Shown piece by piece: positions 20,197 to 30,414 of a stretch of DNA of 64,000 bases (within the stretch, counting starts at the first letter, position 1; each line of letters opens with the position of its first letter). Position numbers and translations under genes: made by a program. The stretch comes from Staphylococcus phage vB_SsapH-Golestan-100, in the sequence record LC647030.1. The stretch is one strand, 5' to 3'. The notes beneath the pieces were generated by a model that did no database searches, was not told the DNA's origin, and saw only the letters and a program-made list of their open reading frames with translations.

Positions 20197-20446
20197 CGCT
20201 AACCAACCTTTCACCAGCCAAAACTTCTTTAATAGCTTCGAATGACTGTTTAGCATCTTCTAGTTCATGCCAGTCATATATGTGTATTGAGCCATAGCCT
20301 TTTTCGTAGTAGTCGCTGAAATGTGTAAATGCGATACCTAGTGTTCCTTCATCAAATTGCTTGAATATAACATGTGCTTCTATGTCTGAATAGGCGAGCT
20401 TGATGTTTAAGTCGTAGGACATGTTGAGTAAACGGTGTTTATTCAT
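20168..20446 (-). CDS. hypothetical protein (93 aa)
   Basis: Strong RBS AAGGAGGTG lies 7 nt before the ATG at 20446. Confidence 0.45.
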   Translation of the reverse strand: MNKHRLLNMSYDLNIKLAYSDIEAHVIFKQFDEGTLGIAFTHFSDYYEKGYGSIHIYDWHELEDAKQSFEAIKEVLAGERLVSDETDSHVSN

Positions 20447-20570
20447 AAGTTTCCACCTCCTTATATTTCGATTTGTGATGGGTACACATAAAGTGCGTAT
20501 CTCATGTGGTACTATCAAAGATAGTAACCTTATATTGTGAGGTGGTAGTTAGCCACCTCGTGTGGTATAA

Positions 20571-21296
20571 TTAAATAAATAACAACATTGTATCTAATTT
20601 GTTTTTGTTATGTTTTCTCTTGTTATAAATCTCTGCCAGTGCTAGTGGTAGGGATTCTTTTTTCGTTTTAAATCCCACTTGTTTTTTAGTTGCTTCTTGG
20701 ATAAAGCCTTCATAACCAATTTCTTTCAAACGATTAATCAAATGTGACACATCTATTTTATTTCCGTAAGTAGCAATGAATTGTGCAAATCCTTTTATTA
20801 TAAACGCTTGGTAAAATCTTCTTTCTAGTCCAAATGATGATTTAATTACTTGTAGAACTATTTCTAAAAATTCTTTACCATATTTTTTATGAACGCTTTG
20901 CAATGAAGCATACGCAGTAATGTAACCTTCTTTTGTTCCCTTTTTATCGTAGTCAATACTTAAACCAACATTCTGAACAGCTTCTTCAATTTCAATTGCG
21001 TTTTGATCTCCAAACTTTAGTGATGATTTACCTTTTGAATTTGGCGATTTAGCAGGTCTGTCGTTAATGCCATAGTACATTTCAGCTTCTTCTTCCACCG
21101 TTAATCCTTCATGAACAGTAGAGTCTATAGTCGGTATACCTAATTCTTTTAGAGCTTCAACTCTATGTTGTCCATCTATTACGAAAAATTGTCCATTTTC
21201 CCTTTTGTTAACTACTATTGTGTGTAACTTTTGTGGGTCGAAGTTTTTAACTATTTTTTTAACTTGCGAATCCTTTACTGGCGACTGATAACTCAT
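20571..21296 (-). CDS. ParB/Srx-fold (ParB N-terminal-like nuclease domain) protein with a DGQHR motif
   Basis: Segment KKIVKNFDPQKLHTIVVNKRENGQFFVIDGQHRVEAL matches the ParB N-terminal/DGQHR signature. Confidence 0.6.
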   Translation of the reverse strand: MSYQSPVKDSQVKKIVKNFDPQKLHTIVVNKRENGQFFVIDGQHRVEALKELGIPTIDSTVHEGLTVEEEAEMYYGINDRPAKSPNSKGKSSLKFGDQNAIEIEEAVQNVGLSIDYDKKGTKEGYITAYASLQSVHKKYGKEFLEIVLQVIKSSFGLERRFYQAFIIKGFAQFIATYGNKIDVSHLINRLKEIGYEGFIQEATKKQVGFKTKKESLPLALAEIYNKRKHNKNKLDTMLLFI

Positions 21297-21348
21297 ATCT
21301 GTTTTTAAACTCGTTAACCTTCATTGTTCTCACTCTTGTTTTTTTTTG

Positions 21349-21377
21349 TTGCAAAATAAGTGAAAGTGTGGTATACT
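21349..21377 (+). promoter_or_regulatory. promoter TTGCAA-17-TGgTATACT for the helicase gene
   Basis: Read directly from the sequence. The helicase begins with a GTG at 21409, preceded by the RBS ataggagga. Confidence 0.5.
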
Positions 21378-21408
21378 AGTAAAAGACCATAGAATAGGAG
21401 GATTTATA

Positions 21409-23967
21409 GTGAAGATTATTGTAGACATTATAGACAGCAAGATAGAGTTTGAACCTGAAGATGAGCATTTAAAACCCGCTATTATCAACAGAGCACATAC
21501 TGATTTAGGTGCTAGAGACCCGAACTTTTTGCATGACAGAAGGTATAAGTTAGGTATATGGGATGGGATGATAGACTTTTACGATGCAAAAAACCATTCA
21601 TTCCCTACAGGCCTTCTAGAAAAAGTTATGATTATGCTAGGGGACATGCAGTCGCAGTATGGATTTACATATTCTGTAGAGGACTTCAGACCTGATACGT
21701 TTTTAGATGTTGATGAGATGGATGAGGAAATAGTTTTAAAGGATGAAGATTTAGGCTCCATAACACTTAGAGACTATCAGCATGATGCAGTAAAAGGTAT
21801 TATAGAACACATGAATGGTATTGTTAACCTAAGTACTAATGCAGGTAAATGTATCAATAAGAATACAAGAATACTTACAGCGCAAGGTTATAAAACACTA
21901 GAGGACATCTTTACAGAGCAAGGTATAAGTTTAGATGGTGATGAGGAAGTTATACCATTACAGTATACGCTCATTAATCGTTATGGAAAGAGAGAACAAA
22001 CAAGTCATTTTACAAAGAATGGTATTAAGCCTACTAAAGTGATAACTACACATAGAGGAACAACATTGAATACAACTTACAACCATCCCTTATTAGTAGA
22101 TAGAGAGGGTACACCTGAGTGGGTTAAAGCAGAGGACTTAAAAGCAGGAGACAAGCTATATGCTAGAGCTGGTGATAACATATTTGGCACAGATAAAACA
22201 GTTAGGTCTGAGAGTGAAGCTTATAGAAGAGGTGCTATACAATCTGCAACAAAACCTCTACCAAAGTATATTCATCAAGCACCAAGAAAGATACAATTAG
22301 CATTTCTTACTGGGTTTTTAAATCTTAGAGAAGGTATTGACTTACTAAAAACATTACATACCTATAATGAACGTATTGTAATAGAAAGTCCATGTAAAGA
22401 GCTATTAGAGGACTTACAGCTAGTTCTATCTAACCTAGGTATTCTATCTTCCCTAAAGGATACAGAAAAATCTTCTTTTACATATTACGGTTTATTGGAT
22501 GTATATGAAGGGCAAGAAGAGTTGAATATAGAAACGCAAACCTATTTACAAGAAGTTGTTTCTATAGAAGAGGGAGAAGAGATTCCTACATTTGATGTTA
22601 GTATGCCTGAGACAAACTCATTCATAGGACAGGGGATTATAAACCATAATACAGAAGTAGCTAGTGGAATCATTCAGCAGTTACTCCCTCAGTTAGAAAG
22701 AGGAGAGCGTATTGCTTTCTTCACTAATAACTCATCTATCTTTTACCAGTCAGCTAAACGTATAGGAGATAGATTAGGTATTAAAGTAGGATTATATGGT
22801 GGAGGTAAAAAAGACATACAACAAGTTACATGCGTAATGTTACCTACGATACATGCTGGGTTGACAGACCCTGAAAAAAATGTTAAACTAACTGAGAAAG
22901 AAAGATTATTTAAACGTATAGCTAAAGAGGTACTACCTCAGTTTGAATCAGGAGTAAACCAACGTTATCTACTGAAGCTATTTATTGACCGTTTTGAACC
23001 TAAGACCAAAGTTGACTTAAAGTTTAAGCATGAGCTTGAAGAGGTCTTACATAGAAGTGGTTCTGATAGTGAAGTATTGATGAACTTAACAAAGTATGCT
23101 AAGCTATATAGAGAAACAATACAGAAGAAAAATAATAAAGTATATAAGAAGAATAAAGAAGTGGTAGACTTCTTAGAGAGTGTTTCTGTTATGATTTGTG
23201 ATGAAGCACACCATACGTCAGCAGATACTTGGTACTACTCACTCAGACGATGCATCAATGCTCAATACAGAGTAGCCCTAACAGGTTCAATAGAAGAGAG
23301 CAATGAACTACTCGTAATGAGGCTGAAATCAGTATTTGGAGAGATAGTAGCTAAAGTAAGAAACAAACAAATGATTGAAAGAGGATTTTCTGCTAAACCT
23401 ATCATAAAAGTTTTTCCTGTAACTCAACCTAAAGACATATCAGGATTAAAAGAGTTCCAAGAAATATACAGGAAAGGTATAGTTGAGAATGAGTATAGAA
23501 ACCTGTTGATGGCTAAACTAACTAAAACATTAAACACACAAGGTAAAACAACACTATTGATAGTAAACCATACAAAACATGGAGAGGCATTAGTAGAGTT
23601 ATTAGAGCAACTAGAGATAGACCATAGATTCATTCATGGTCAATTATCTACAGAGTATAGAGAAGAGTCATTACAATTAGTGAGAGATGGGAAACTAGAT
23701 GTTCTCATAGCCACATCTATTGTAGATGAAGGTGTAGACATCTCAGCTATTGACGCTTTAATACTTTGTGCAGGAGGTAAATCTTTACGACAAACCCTTC
23801 AGCGTATAGGTAGAACATTAAGAAAGAAAAAAGGTGACAATACCTGCCAAGTATTTGATTTCACCGATTACACACATGACATTTTACTTTCACACTCTAA
23901 GAAGAGAAGAAAAATATATGTAGAAGAAGAGTTTGAGATAGTTGACATACAGCCAAAAGCAAAATAA
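21409..23967 (+). CDS. SF2 DNA helicase (DEAH-box) interrupted by an intein
   Basis: Walker A reads STNAGK|T. Motif II is MICDEAHH and motif VI is QRIGRTLRK. The host protein is about 585 aa once the intein is removed. Confidence 0.7.
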   Translation: MKIIVDIIDSKIEFEPEDEHLKPAIINRAHTDLGARDPNFLHDRRYKLGIWDGMIDFYDAKNHSFPTGLLEKVMIMLGDMQSQYGFTYSVEDFRPDTFLDVDEMDEEIVLKDEDLGSITLRDYQHDAVKGIIEHMNGIVNLSTNAGKCINKNTRILTAQGYKTLEDIFTEQGISLDGDEEVIPLQYTLINRYGKREQTSHFTKNGIKPTKVITTHRGTTLNTTYNHPLLVDREGTPEWVKAEDLKAGDKLYARAGDNIFGTDKTVRSESEAYRRGAIQSATKPLPKYIHQAPRKIQLAFLTGFLNLREGIDLLKTLHTYNERIVIESPCKELLEDLQLVLSNLGILSSLKDTEKSSFTYYGLLDVYEGQEELNIETQTYLQEVVSIEEGEEIPTFDVSMPETNSFIGQGIINHNTEVASGIIQQLLPQLERGERIAFFTNNSSIFYQSAKRIGDRLGIKVGLYGGGKKDIQQVTCVMLPTIHAGLTDPEKNVKLTEKERLFKRIAKEVLPQFESGVNQRYLLKLFIDRFEPKTKVDLKFKHELEEVLHRSGSDSEVLMNLTKYAKLYRETIQKKNNKVYKKNKEVVDFLESVSVMICDEAHHTSADTWYYSLRRCINAQYRVALTGSIEESNELLVMRLKSVFGEIVAKVRNKQMIERGFSAKPIIKVFPVTQPKDISGLKEFQEIYRKGIVENEYRNLLMAKLTKTLNTQGKTTLLIVNHTKHGEALVELLEQLEIDHRFIHGQLSTEYREESLQLVRDGKLDVLIATSIVDEGVDISAIDALILCAGGKSLRQTLQRIGRTLRKKKGDNTCQVFDFTDYTHDILLSHSKKRRKIYVEEEFEIVDIQPKAK
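21850..22650 (+). mobile_element. intein (267 aa) inserted in the helicase P-loop between GK and T
   Basis: Begins CINKN (Cys1) and has block B TTH...NHPLL. It ends IINHN, and the +1 extein residue is Thr. A degenerate LAGLIDADG-like segment LAFLTGFLNLREG is present. Confidence 0.6.
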
Positions 23968-23992
23968 GAGTAATAAAAGGAGAGGAGAGCAT

Positions 23993-25636
23993 ATGCAACA
24001 GCTTAGAGAAGAAGGTAATCAAGTAGCATTAACTAAGTCTACTGAACATTTTTTAGACTTTCTAAAAGACCAAGTTAATGAAGATGGAACATATGCTATA
24101 GGTACTAGGAAACAGCTAGAAGAATCCTATGGCAAGTCCCGTTCTGTTATTGACCGTAAGTTAAAAGAACTAACAGAAAAAGAAATTATTACTTGTGTTA
24201 CAAAAAGAGGTAAGAATGGTGGTACTATCATTACTTTAAACTACTACAAACCTAGTGATTTTAATGCTTGGGTTAAGAAAGATGATAGTGTTATTACTTC
24301 TAATGAAAAGTATGCAAGAGATTTACGGAAAAAGGTATTTCCTAAATATAAAAGACCTTTAGGCCAAGGAAGACCTAGACGTACTAAAGAAGAAATGAGA
24401 GCTTATAAGCTAGCTAGAACTGAATTTGAAAAGTTAATGGTAACAATGAATCAGAGTACAAGTAACTTATACCCTTCTAAAGAAGTTTTTAATATGGCTC
24501 CTGACCCTGAAGGTTATTATAAAGCATACACTATGGCTAGACTGTATGATGTTATGTGTTATGAATACATGAAGCAAGCATGGATAGACCATAAGAATAT
24601 CAAGAATCCTACAGAAAAAGAAAAAAGTGCTGTAGACTTCTACTACACTAAGATGTTATACTATAGAAACAGTAACATATTAGGTAAAGACTTCTTTGGT
24701 ACTAAACTATTTAATACCTTCTATAATGCTTATCATAAACTAAAAGAGAGTAAGTTAATGATGAGTATAGAAGAGTACATGCATTCAGTATTCAAAAACT
24801 ATGTTACTCACTTTGAGTATTATAGAGGAACAAAGTATGGCTTAAAGAGTCCCGTACCTTACCCTAACTACTTACACAGTGAGACAGCATTCAAGAATTT
24901 CTACCAGCATAGAGACTATTTAAGAAAGAACAAATGTAACTTCGATAGTTACTTACCTATAGGTAACTATGTTAGTATAATAGGTATAGCAAACCCAGTA
25001 TACAAGGCTATATCACGACTATTCAATTCCGACTTCAACAACAAAGAAGAGTATAATATCATCGAGGATAAATTTAATGTAGTTATGAAGACACGAGGTT
25101 TATATAGCCCTATTACAGATTCCTTGTATACGTCTGATGAGCTATCGGAAGAGCCTGAGTTACAAGATACACTGAGCTACTTCAAGAAATATAGAGATAC
25201 AATTGATGAGGTCAAATCAGTTATAGAGGATGAGAAGGAGTATAAACTGATAGACCTATTCTTAAAACAACTATACATGATAAAAGTAGACCCTATGAAG
25301 TTAACTATATTTGATAGAATGACTATGTACCCTGTACAGCAACGTTACTACTTTGAAATGCTAGATTTCTCAGGAAGACTTAGAAAGGATAGAGAAGAGT
25401 CTTACGCTTGTATAGGAGCTGTAGGACAGCCTATAAAACAAGAACAGTTTGAGGATTTTGCTAGAGCAGGAGAAGAGTACTCTAATATCGCTAATGGAGG
25501 AGCTATGTACCAAATTATTAATATGTATATGGGTTACAATAGCACTGCCTTAAATGTACATGAAGTACATAATGTAATAAATAAATATAAATTAAATCAC
25601 ATTATAAAGCTTGACAAAAATGGTTTATTAGTATAA
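23993..25636 (+). CDS. putative replication (Rep-like) protein
   Basis: RBS aaaggagaggag precedes the ATG at 23993. It lies between two helicase genes. The call rests on size and position only. Confidence 0.4.
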   Translation: MQQLREEGNQVALTKSTEHFLDFLKDQVNEDGTYAIGTRKQLEESYGKSRSVIDRKLKELTEKEIITCVTKRGKNGGTIITLNYYKPSDFNAWVKKDDSVITSNEKYARDLRKKVFPKYKRPLGQGRPRRTKEEMRAYKLARTEFEKLMVTMNQSTSNLYPSKEVFNMAPDPEGYYKAYTMARLYDVMCYEYMKQAWIDHKNIKNPTEKEKSAVDFYYTKMLYYRNSNILGKDFFGTKLFNTFYNAYHKLKESKLMMSIEEYMHSVFKNYVTHFEYYRGTKYGLKSPVPYPNYLHSETAFKNFYQHRDYLRKNKCNFDSYLPIGNYVSIIGIANPVYKAISRLFNSDFNNKEEYNIIEDKFNVVMKTRGLYSPITDSLYTSDELSEEPELQDTLSYFKKYRDTIDEVKSVIEDEKEYKLIDLFLKQLYMIKVDPMKLTIFDRMTMYPVQQRYYFEMLDFSGRLRKDREESYACIGAVGQPIKQEQFEDFARAGEEYSNIANGGAMYQIINMYMGYNSTALNVHEVHNVINKYKLNHIIKLDKNGLLV

Positions 25637-25668
25637 GATGAATATATAATATTTTAGGAGGCACTTGT

Positions 25669-27108
25669 ATGAGTAGAAAAATGAAAGAGCTAGTAATTAC
25701 ACGTTCTTTAAAAGACTTAGAATTTGCAAGAGGGGCTTTATTAAAGCTCCCTGCAACAGTCTTTGAAGATGATAAGTCTTTACAAACTATTTACACAGTT
25801 TTAAAGAGACAGTTAATGAGCTCTCAAAATAGACCGAGCCAAGAAGTAATGACATTAAAAATTGAAGACCTTTTAACAAAACAAGGTAAAGATGATGAAG
25901 TTATAGATACTGCCATATCTACACTTAACTCTTTATATGAAGTAGAGAAGGATAAGAAGTTAGAAGATGAATCAATCAATACAGAAGTAGATAACTACGT
26001 TAAAGCTGAAATGACCAAGGATGCTATTATTAAAGCTGTTAGAAAAAATGAATTAGAAGATGTGGACAAAATAGGTAAACTTGGTGAAGAGATTACAAAG
26101 ATTGCAGTTCAGAATCTCTCAGGAGGTTCAGGAGACTTTTTAGACTTCTTCAATGACATAGACAAGAAAAAAGAATTGCTATCTAATATCTATTCTCATA
26201 AATACCCAACAGGATTTAAAACTTTAGATGGTATTATTGAAGGTGGATTATCTAGAGGAGAAGTTGGTGTCATCTCAGGTATTACAGGTGGTGGTAAATC
26301 ACTTACTATCACTAACCTTATTGCTAACTACGTCCGTAGTGGATTAAATGTATTACTTGTATCACTTGAGGAAAACATGGAACGTATTGTATTACGTTCT
26401 GAGCAACAGATGTTTGGTATTAAAAAGAGCAGTATCTTAAATACAGACTACACATTAAATGAAGCTTCATATGAAGCTATTCAAAAGCTATACCAACAAA
26501 AAGGTAAAACGTTTGGAAACTACTTTATTTCTAAACATAAACCTCAAGAGGTAAGTCCTTCAAAACTAGAACAAATAATCGTTAATACAACAGTGAGAGA
26601 AGATACAAATATTGATGTAGTCATTATTGACTATCCTGAGCTTATGATTAATCCATATAATAATGCTAGTGAGTCAGAAGCTGGTTCTTTAATCTATGAA
26701 CATATCCGTAAGCTATCACAAGAGTATGACTTCTTATGTTGGACTATATCTCAGGTAAACCGTAACGCATCTCAAAATAGTGAAGTTATAACTAAGTCTC
26801 ACATTGAAGGTTCTAAACGTAAACTTAACGCAGTAGAGCTTCACTTAACATTAAACCAAACATCAGAAGAGTTTGAAGCAGGTTACTTAAGATTTTATTT
26901 AGATAAAGTACGTAACAACTCAGGTAGAGTATCTAGTAAAATCATACCTATGAGAGTAGAGCCTGAGACTATGACAGTTAGAGATTGCTTGCCTGAAGAG
27001 CTACAAGAGCATTCAGAAGTGATGAACTCTAGAGATAGTCAAGTGTTTAACAAACCTAAACAAGAGTCACCTACTTCAAGAGCTAAAAGTTTTGATAATG
27101 GATTTTAG
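25669..27108 (+). CDS. DnaB-like replicative helicase
   Basis: RecA-fold Walker A GITGGGKSLTITNL within the DnaB-like C-terminal domain organisation. Confidence 0.6.
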   Translation: MSRKMKELVITRSLKDLEFARGALLKLPATVFEDDKSLQTIYTVLKRQLMSSQNRPSQEVMTLKIEDLLTKQGKDDEVIDTAISTLNSLYEVEKDKKLEDESINTEVDNYVKAEMTKDAIIKAVRKNELEDVDKIGKLGEEITKIAVQNLSGGSGDFLDFFNDIDKKKELLSNIYSHKYPTGFKTLDGIIEGGLSRGEVGVISGITGGGKSLTITNLIANYVRSGLNVLLVSLEENMERIVLRSEQQMFGIKKSSILNTDYTLNEASYEAIQKLYQQKGKTFGNYFISKHKPQEVSPSKLEQIIVNTTVREDTNIDVVIIDYPELMINPYNNASESEAGSLIYEHIRKLSQEYDFLCWTISQVNRNASQNSEVITKSHIEGSKRKLNAVELHLTLNQTSEEFEAGYLRFYLDKVRNNSGRVSSKIIPMRVEPETMTVRDCLPEELQEHSEVMNSRDSQVFNKPKQESPTSRAKSFDNGF

Positions 27109-27119
27109 GAGGAACTTTA

Positions 27120-28145
27120 ATGAAATTTATATTTTTTACAGACAGTCATTTTCACTTATTCACAGACTTTAGTAAACCTGACGAGTTTTATCGCAACGAC
27201 AGGTTTAAAGAACAAATGGAAGCCTTAAACTCTGTCTTTGAGATAGCAAGGGAAAAGGAAGCTACAATTATCTTTGGAGGAGACTTATTCCATAAACGTA
27301 ACGCTGTAGACACAGTAGTCTACAATGAAGTATTTAAAGTATTTGCTAGAAATAAAGATGTAGCTGTCTTATTACTCAGAGGTAATCATGATGCTACTAC
27401 CAATTCAGTATATACTGATTCAAGTATAGATACGTTTGAATACTTACCTAATGTAAGTGTATTTCAATCTTTTGGAACTATAGAGAAGGATAATGTAAAT
27501 ATAGTCTTTACAGCTTATGGTGATGAGACTGAAGAGATTAAAGAATACATCAAGGAGAATAATAAACTAGGTAAAGTAAACATTCTTGTAGGCCACTTAG
27601 GTGTAGAAGGGTCTTTAACAGGCAAGGGTTCTCATAGATTAGAAGGGGCGTTTGGGTACCAAGACCTATTACCTGATAAGTATGATTTTATTCTTTTAGG
27701 GCATTATCATAGAAGACAGTATTTCCAAAACCCAAATCACTTTTATGGTGGCTCTTTAATGCAACAATCATTCTCAGATGAGCAAGAAGCTAATGGTGTT
27801 CACTTAATAGATACTGATACTATTACAACAGAATTTATACCTCTAGATACACGTAGGTTTATTACAGTAAGAGGGGATGATGTCCCTGAAGACCTAGACC
27901 AACTTATAGAGTATGGTCACTTCATTAGATTTGTAGGTAGTACTAACCAAGCTAAAGCGATAGAGTTAGCATCTACAGATGAGACTAATAACATACGAGT
28001 AGAGTTACAGAAAGATTATACAGTAGAAAAACGTATAGATAGTGAAGTCACTGATTCACCGTTATCTATAGCATCAAGCTACTCAGATAAGTACTATCCT
28101 GAAGCTAAGAAAGAAATATTAGAATGTCTACAGGAGGTTTTATAG
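27120..28145 (+). CDS. sbcD: SbcD/Mre11-like recombination exonuclease
   Basis: Calcineurin-like phosphoesterase motifs DSHFH, GGDLFH and RGNHD. Confidence 0.75.
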   Translation: MKFIFFTDSHFHLFTDFSKPDEFYRNDRFKEQMEALNSVFEIAREKEATIIFGGDLFHKRNAVDTVVYNEVFKVFARNKDVAVLLLRGNHDATTNSVYTDSSIDTFEYLPNVSVFQSFGTIEKDNVNIVFTAYGDETEEIKEYIKENNKLGKVNILVGHLGVEGSLTGKGSHRLEGAFGYQDLLPDKYDFILLGHYHRRQYFQNPNHFYGGSLMQQSFSDEQEANGVHLIDTDTITTEFIPLDTRRFITVRGDDVPEDLDQLIEYGHFIRFVGSTNQAKAIELASTDETNNIRVELQKDYTVEKRIDSEVTDSPLSIASSYSDKYYPEAKKEILECLQEVL

Positions 28146-28525
28146 TGAGTGATTATATCAATAAGTTTAATGAGGTTAAACAAGGGAAGAAATCAGGAAA
28201 GAGTATAGCTGAATTTGTAGATGACTTTATGAAAGGTGTAGACCCTGACATTTTTAAACCTAAAATCACTTTCCTTGACATTTCTAGTGTAATAGACGAT
28301 AATGTAGTAGACACTAAACCAATATTACAATTTAGGGATTGGGATGGTGTTGAGGAGAACATATGTAATGTTATTGACTTAGATGATGGTTTAAATAAAG
28401 TTAGACAAATTTTAAAAGATAGTAATTATGAATTTCATTATATGAGAACTTATAAACCTAATAACATTTGGGTTATAGATTATGGCTCTCATAATACATC
28501 TTTTTTAGTTAAGGAGGCAAAATAG
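28145..28525 (+). CDS. hypothetical protein (about 126 aa); a GTG start overlaps the SbcD stop
   Basis: RBS AGGAGG lies 8 nt before the GTG at 28145. The sequence TAGTG couples the upstream stop to this start. Confidence 0.4.
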   Translation: MSDYINKFNEVKQGKKSGKSIAEFVDDFMKGVDPDIFKPKITFLDISSVIDDNVVDTKPILQFRDWDGVEENICNVIDLDDGLNKVRQILKDSNYEFHYMRTYKPNNIWVIDYGSHNTSFLVKEAK

Positions 28526-30403
28526 ATGGTTGTTTTTAAGAAGGTCATAATAAAAAACTTTATGGCAATAGAAGAAGCTGTGTTAGAATTAGATAATAGA
28601 GGTCTAGTTCTGATAGAAGGAGAAAATAAGTCTAATGAATCATATGTAAGTAATGGTTCATCAAAAACAACTTTATTATCTTCTATTACATACGCTTTAT
28701 ATGGTAAAACTGAAAAAGGTATTAAAGCTGATGATGTAGTAAACAACAAGCATAAAAAGAATACTAGTATTGTACTAGAGTTTATGATAGCAGAAGACTT
28801 ATATAGAATTGAACGTTATCGTAAAGATAAGGTAAACAAGAATAAGGTTAAATTATTCTGTAATGATAAAGAGATAACAGGCTCTACAAATGATGTAACT
28901 GACCAGCAGATACAAGACTTATTTAAGATAGATTATAACACATACTTAAATGCAATCATGTATGGTCAGGGAGACGTTCCTATGTTCTCTCAAGCTACAG
29001 ATAAAGGTAAAAAAGAGATACTTGAGTCTGTAACTGGAGTTGCTGTGTATCAGAAAGCACAGGAGGTAGCTAAAGAAAAGGTAAAGGAAGTAGCTTCTCA
29101 ACAGCAAGAGATAGAAAGAGACATTCAAACAAAAGAAATGGAAAAACAAAACATCAGAAATATATTTGATAGTAAGCTAGTAGACTATCAAAATACAATG
29201 GATGCTGTTAATCAAAAAACTGAGCAATTGAAATATGAGCAAGAGCAATACAATACACTTAGTCAGACCATAGATAGCCAGGTACAAGAGTTAGAATCTC
29301 AGAAACAAGAAGTACCTAGCAATGAGTTTACATACTCACAGGATTACTATAGTGCAAAGTCTAAGCTTGACCAAGTAGTTAAGATAGAGCAAGACCAATC
29401 ACAAAAGTATTATCAATGTTCTTCAGAGATAAAAATGTTAGAGCAAAATAAGAATAACTTAAATATAAATAAGAACTGCCCTGTTTGTGGGTCTGAATTA
29501 GATACCTCACACAAGGAGAAAGAGCTACAGTCTATAGAAGAACAACTAAGTTCATTAGCTGTCAATATAGGTACTATTAGCTCTCAAATGGATAAGATAA
29601 AACAAGCTAAAGAAAAGTTAGAAGGTATCATCCAAGATGAGGATAATAAAGCTTATCAAAATTCAAATAATGTATTGACAATAAAAGAAGCTAATGATAA
29701 GATAGACTCAGAGATAAGAAGAGTTAGGGAGCAGTTAACGCAAAAAGAGCATCAGCTATCTTTAATGCAAAATACGATAGACTCAATGTCTACCGTTCCA
29801 AAGCCTGTTTTAGATAATGAATCTATAGAGGAATTAGAAGCAGTTATTAAGTCTATGCAAAAAGACATTCTTGACTTAGAAGATAAGAAGACGTATTACT
29901 CACAAGCAGTAGATGCTTTTTCTAATAAAGGTATACGTTCTGTTATCTTAGATTTTGTAACACCATTCTTAAATGAAAAAGCTAATAAGTATTTAACTAT
30001 ACTTTCAGGCTCTGACATTGAAGTTAAGTTTCAAACTCAAGTAGAGAATAATAAAGGTGAATTAAAAGATAAGTTTGATGTTACTGTAGTAAACAAAAAC
30101 GGAGGTCAATCTTATAAAGCTAACTCAGCAGGAGAACAAAAGCGTATTGATTTAGCTATCAGCTTTGCTATACAAGACTTAATCATGGATAAGAATGACT
30201 TAGCTACTAATATCGCTCTATATGATGAGTGCTTTGATGGTTTGGACATTATCGGATGTGAAAATGTTATTACACTATTGAAAGATAGATTAAAAACTGT
30301 TCCAACTATCTTTGTTATCACGCATAATACCCATCTTGCTCCTTTATTTGAGAATTCAATAAAGGTTGTAAAAGAAAACGGAATAGCAAGACTAAAAAAT
30401 TAG
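28526..30403 (+). CDS. sbcC: SbcC/Rad50-like ATPase
   Basis: Walker A GENKSNESYVSNGSSKTT. Coiled coil with a CPVCG zinc hook. Signature SAGEQ. D-loop YDECFDGLD. Confidence 0.7.
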   Translation: MVVFKKVIIKNFMAIEEAVLELDNRGLVLIEGENKSNESYVSNGSSKTTLLSSITYALYGKTEKGIKADDVVNNKHKKNTSIVLEFMIAEDLYRIERYRKDKVNKNKVKLFCNDKEITGSTNDVTDQQIQDLFKIDYNTYLNAIMYGQGDVPMFSQATDKGKKEILESVTGVAVYQKAQEVAKEKVKEVASQQQEIERDIQTKEMEKQNIRNIFDSKLVDYQNTMDAVNQKTEQLKYEQEQYNTLSQTIDSQVQELESQKQEVPSNEFTYSQDYYSAKSKLDQVVKIEQDQSQKYYQCSSEIKMLEQNKNNLNINKNCPVCGSELDTSHKEKELQSIEEQLSSLAVNIGTISSQMDKIKQAKEKLEGIIQDEDNKAYQNSNNVLTIKEANDKIDSEIRRVREQLTQKEHQLSLMQNTIDSMSTVPKPVLDNESIEELEAVIKSMQKDILDLEDKKTYYSQAVDAFSNKGIRSVILDFVTPFLNEKANKYLTILSGSDIEVKFQTQVENNKGELKDKFDVTVVNKNGGQSYKANSAGEQKRIDLAISFAIQDLIMDKNDLATNIALYDECFDGLDIIGCENVITLLKDRLKTVPTIFVITHNTHLAPLFENSIKVVKENGIARLKN

Positions 30404-30414
30404 GAGGATTTAAG

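Noticed and set aside
21850-22650. A full-length LAGLIDADG homing endonuclease domain inside the intein.
   Set aside because: Only one degenerate LAGLIDADG-like segment (LAFLTGFLNLREG) could be seen, and 267 aa is short for a two-motif endonuclease. It is treated as a reduced or decayed endonuclease domain rather than asserted as active.
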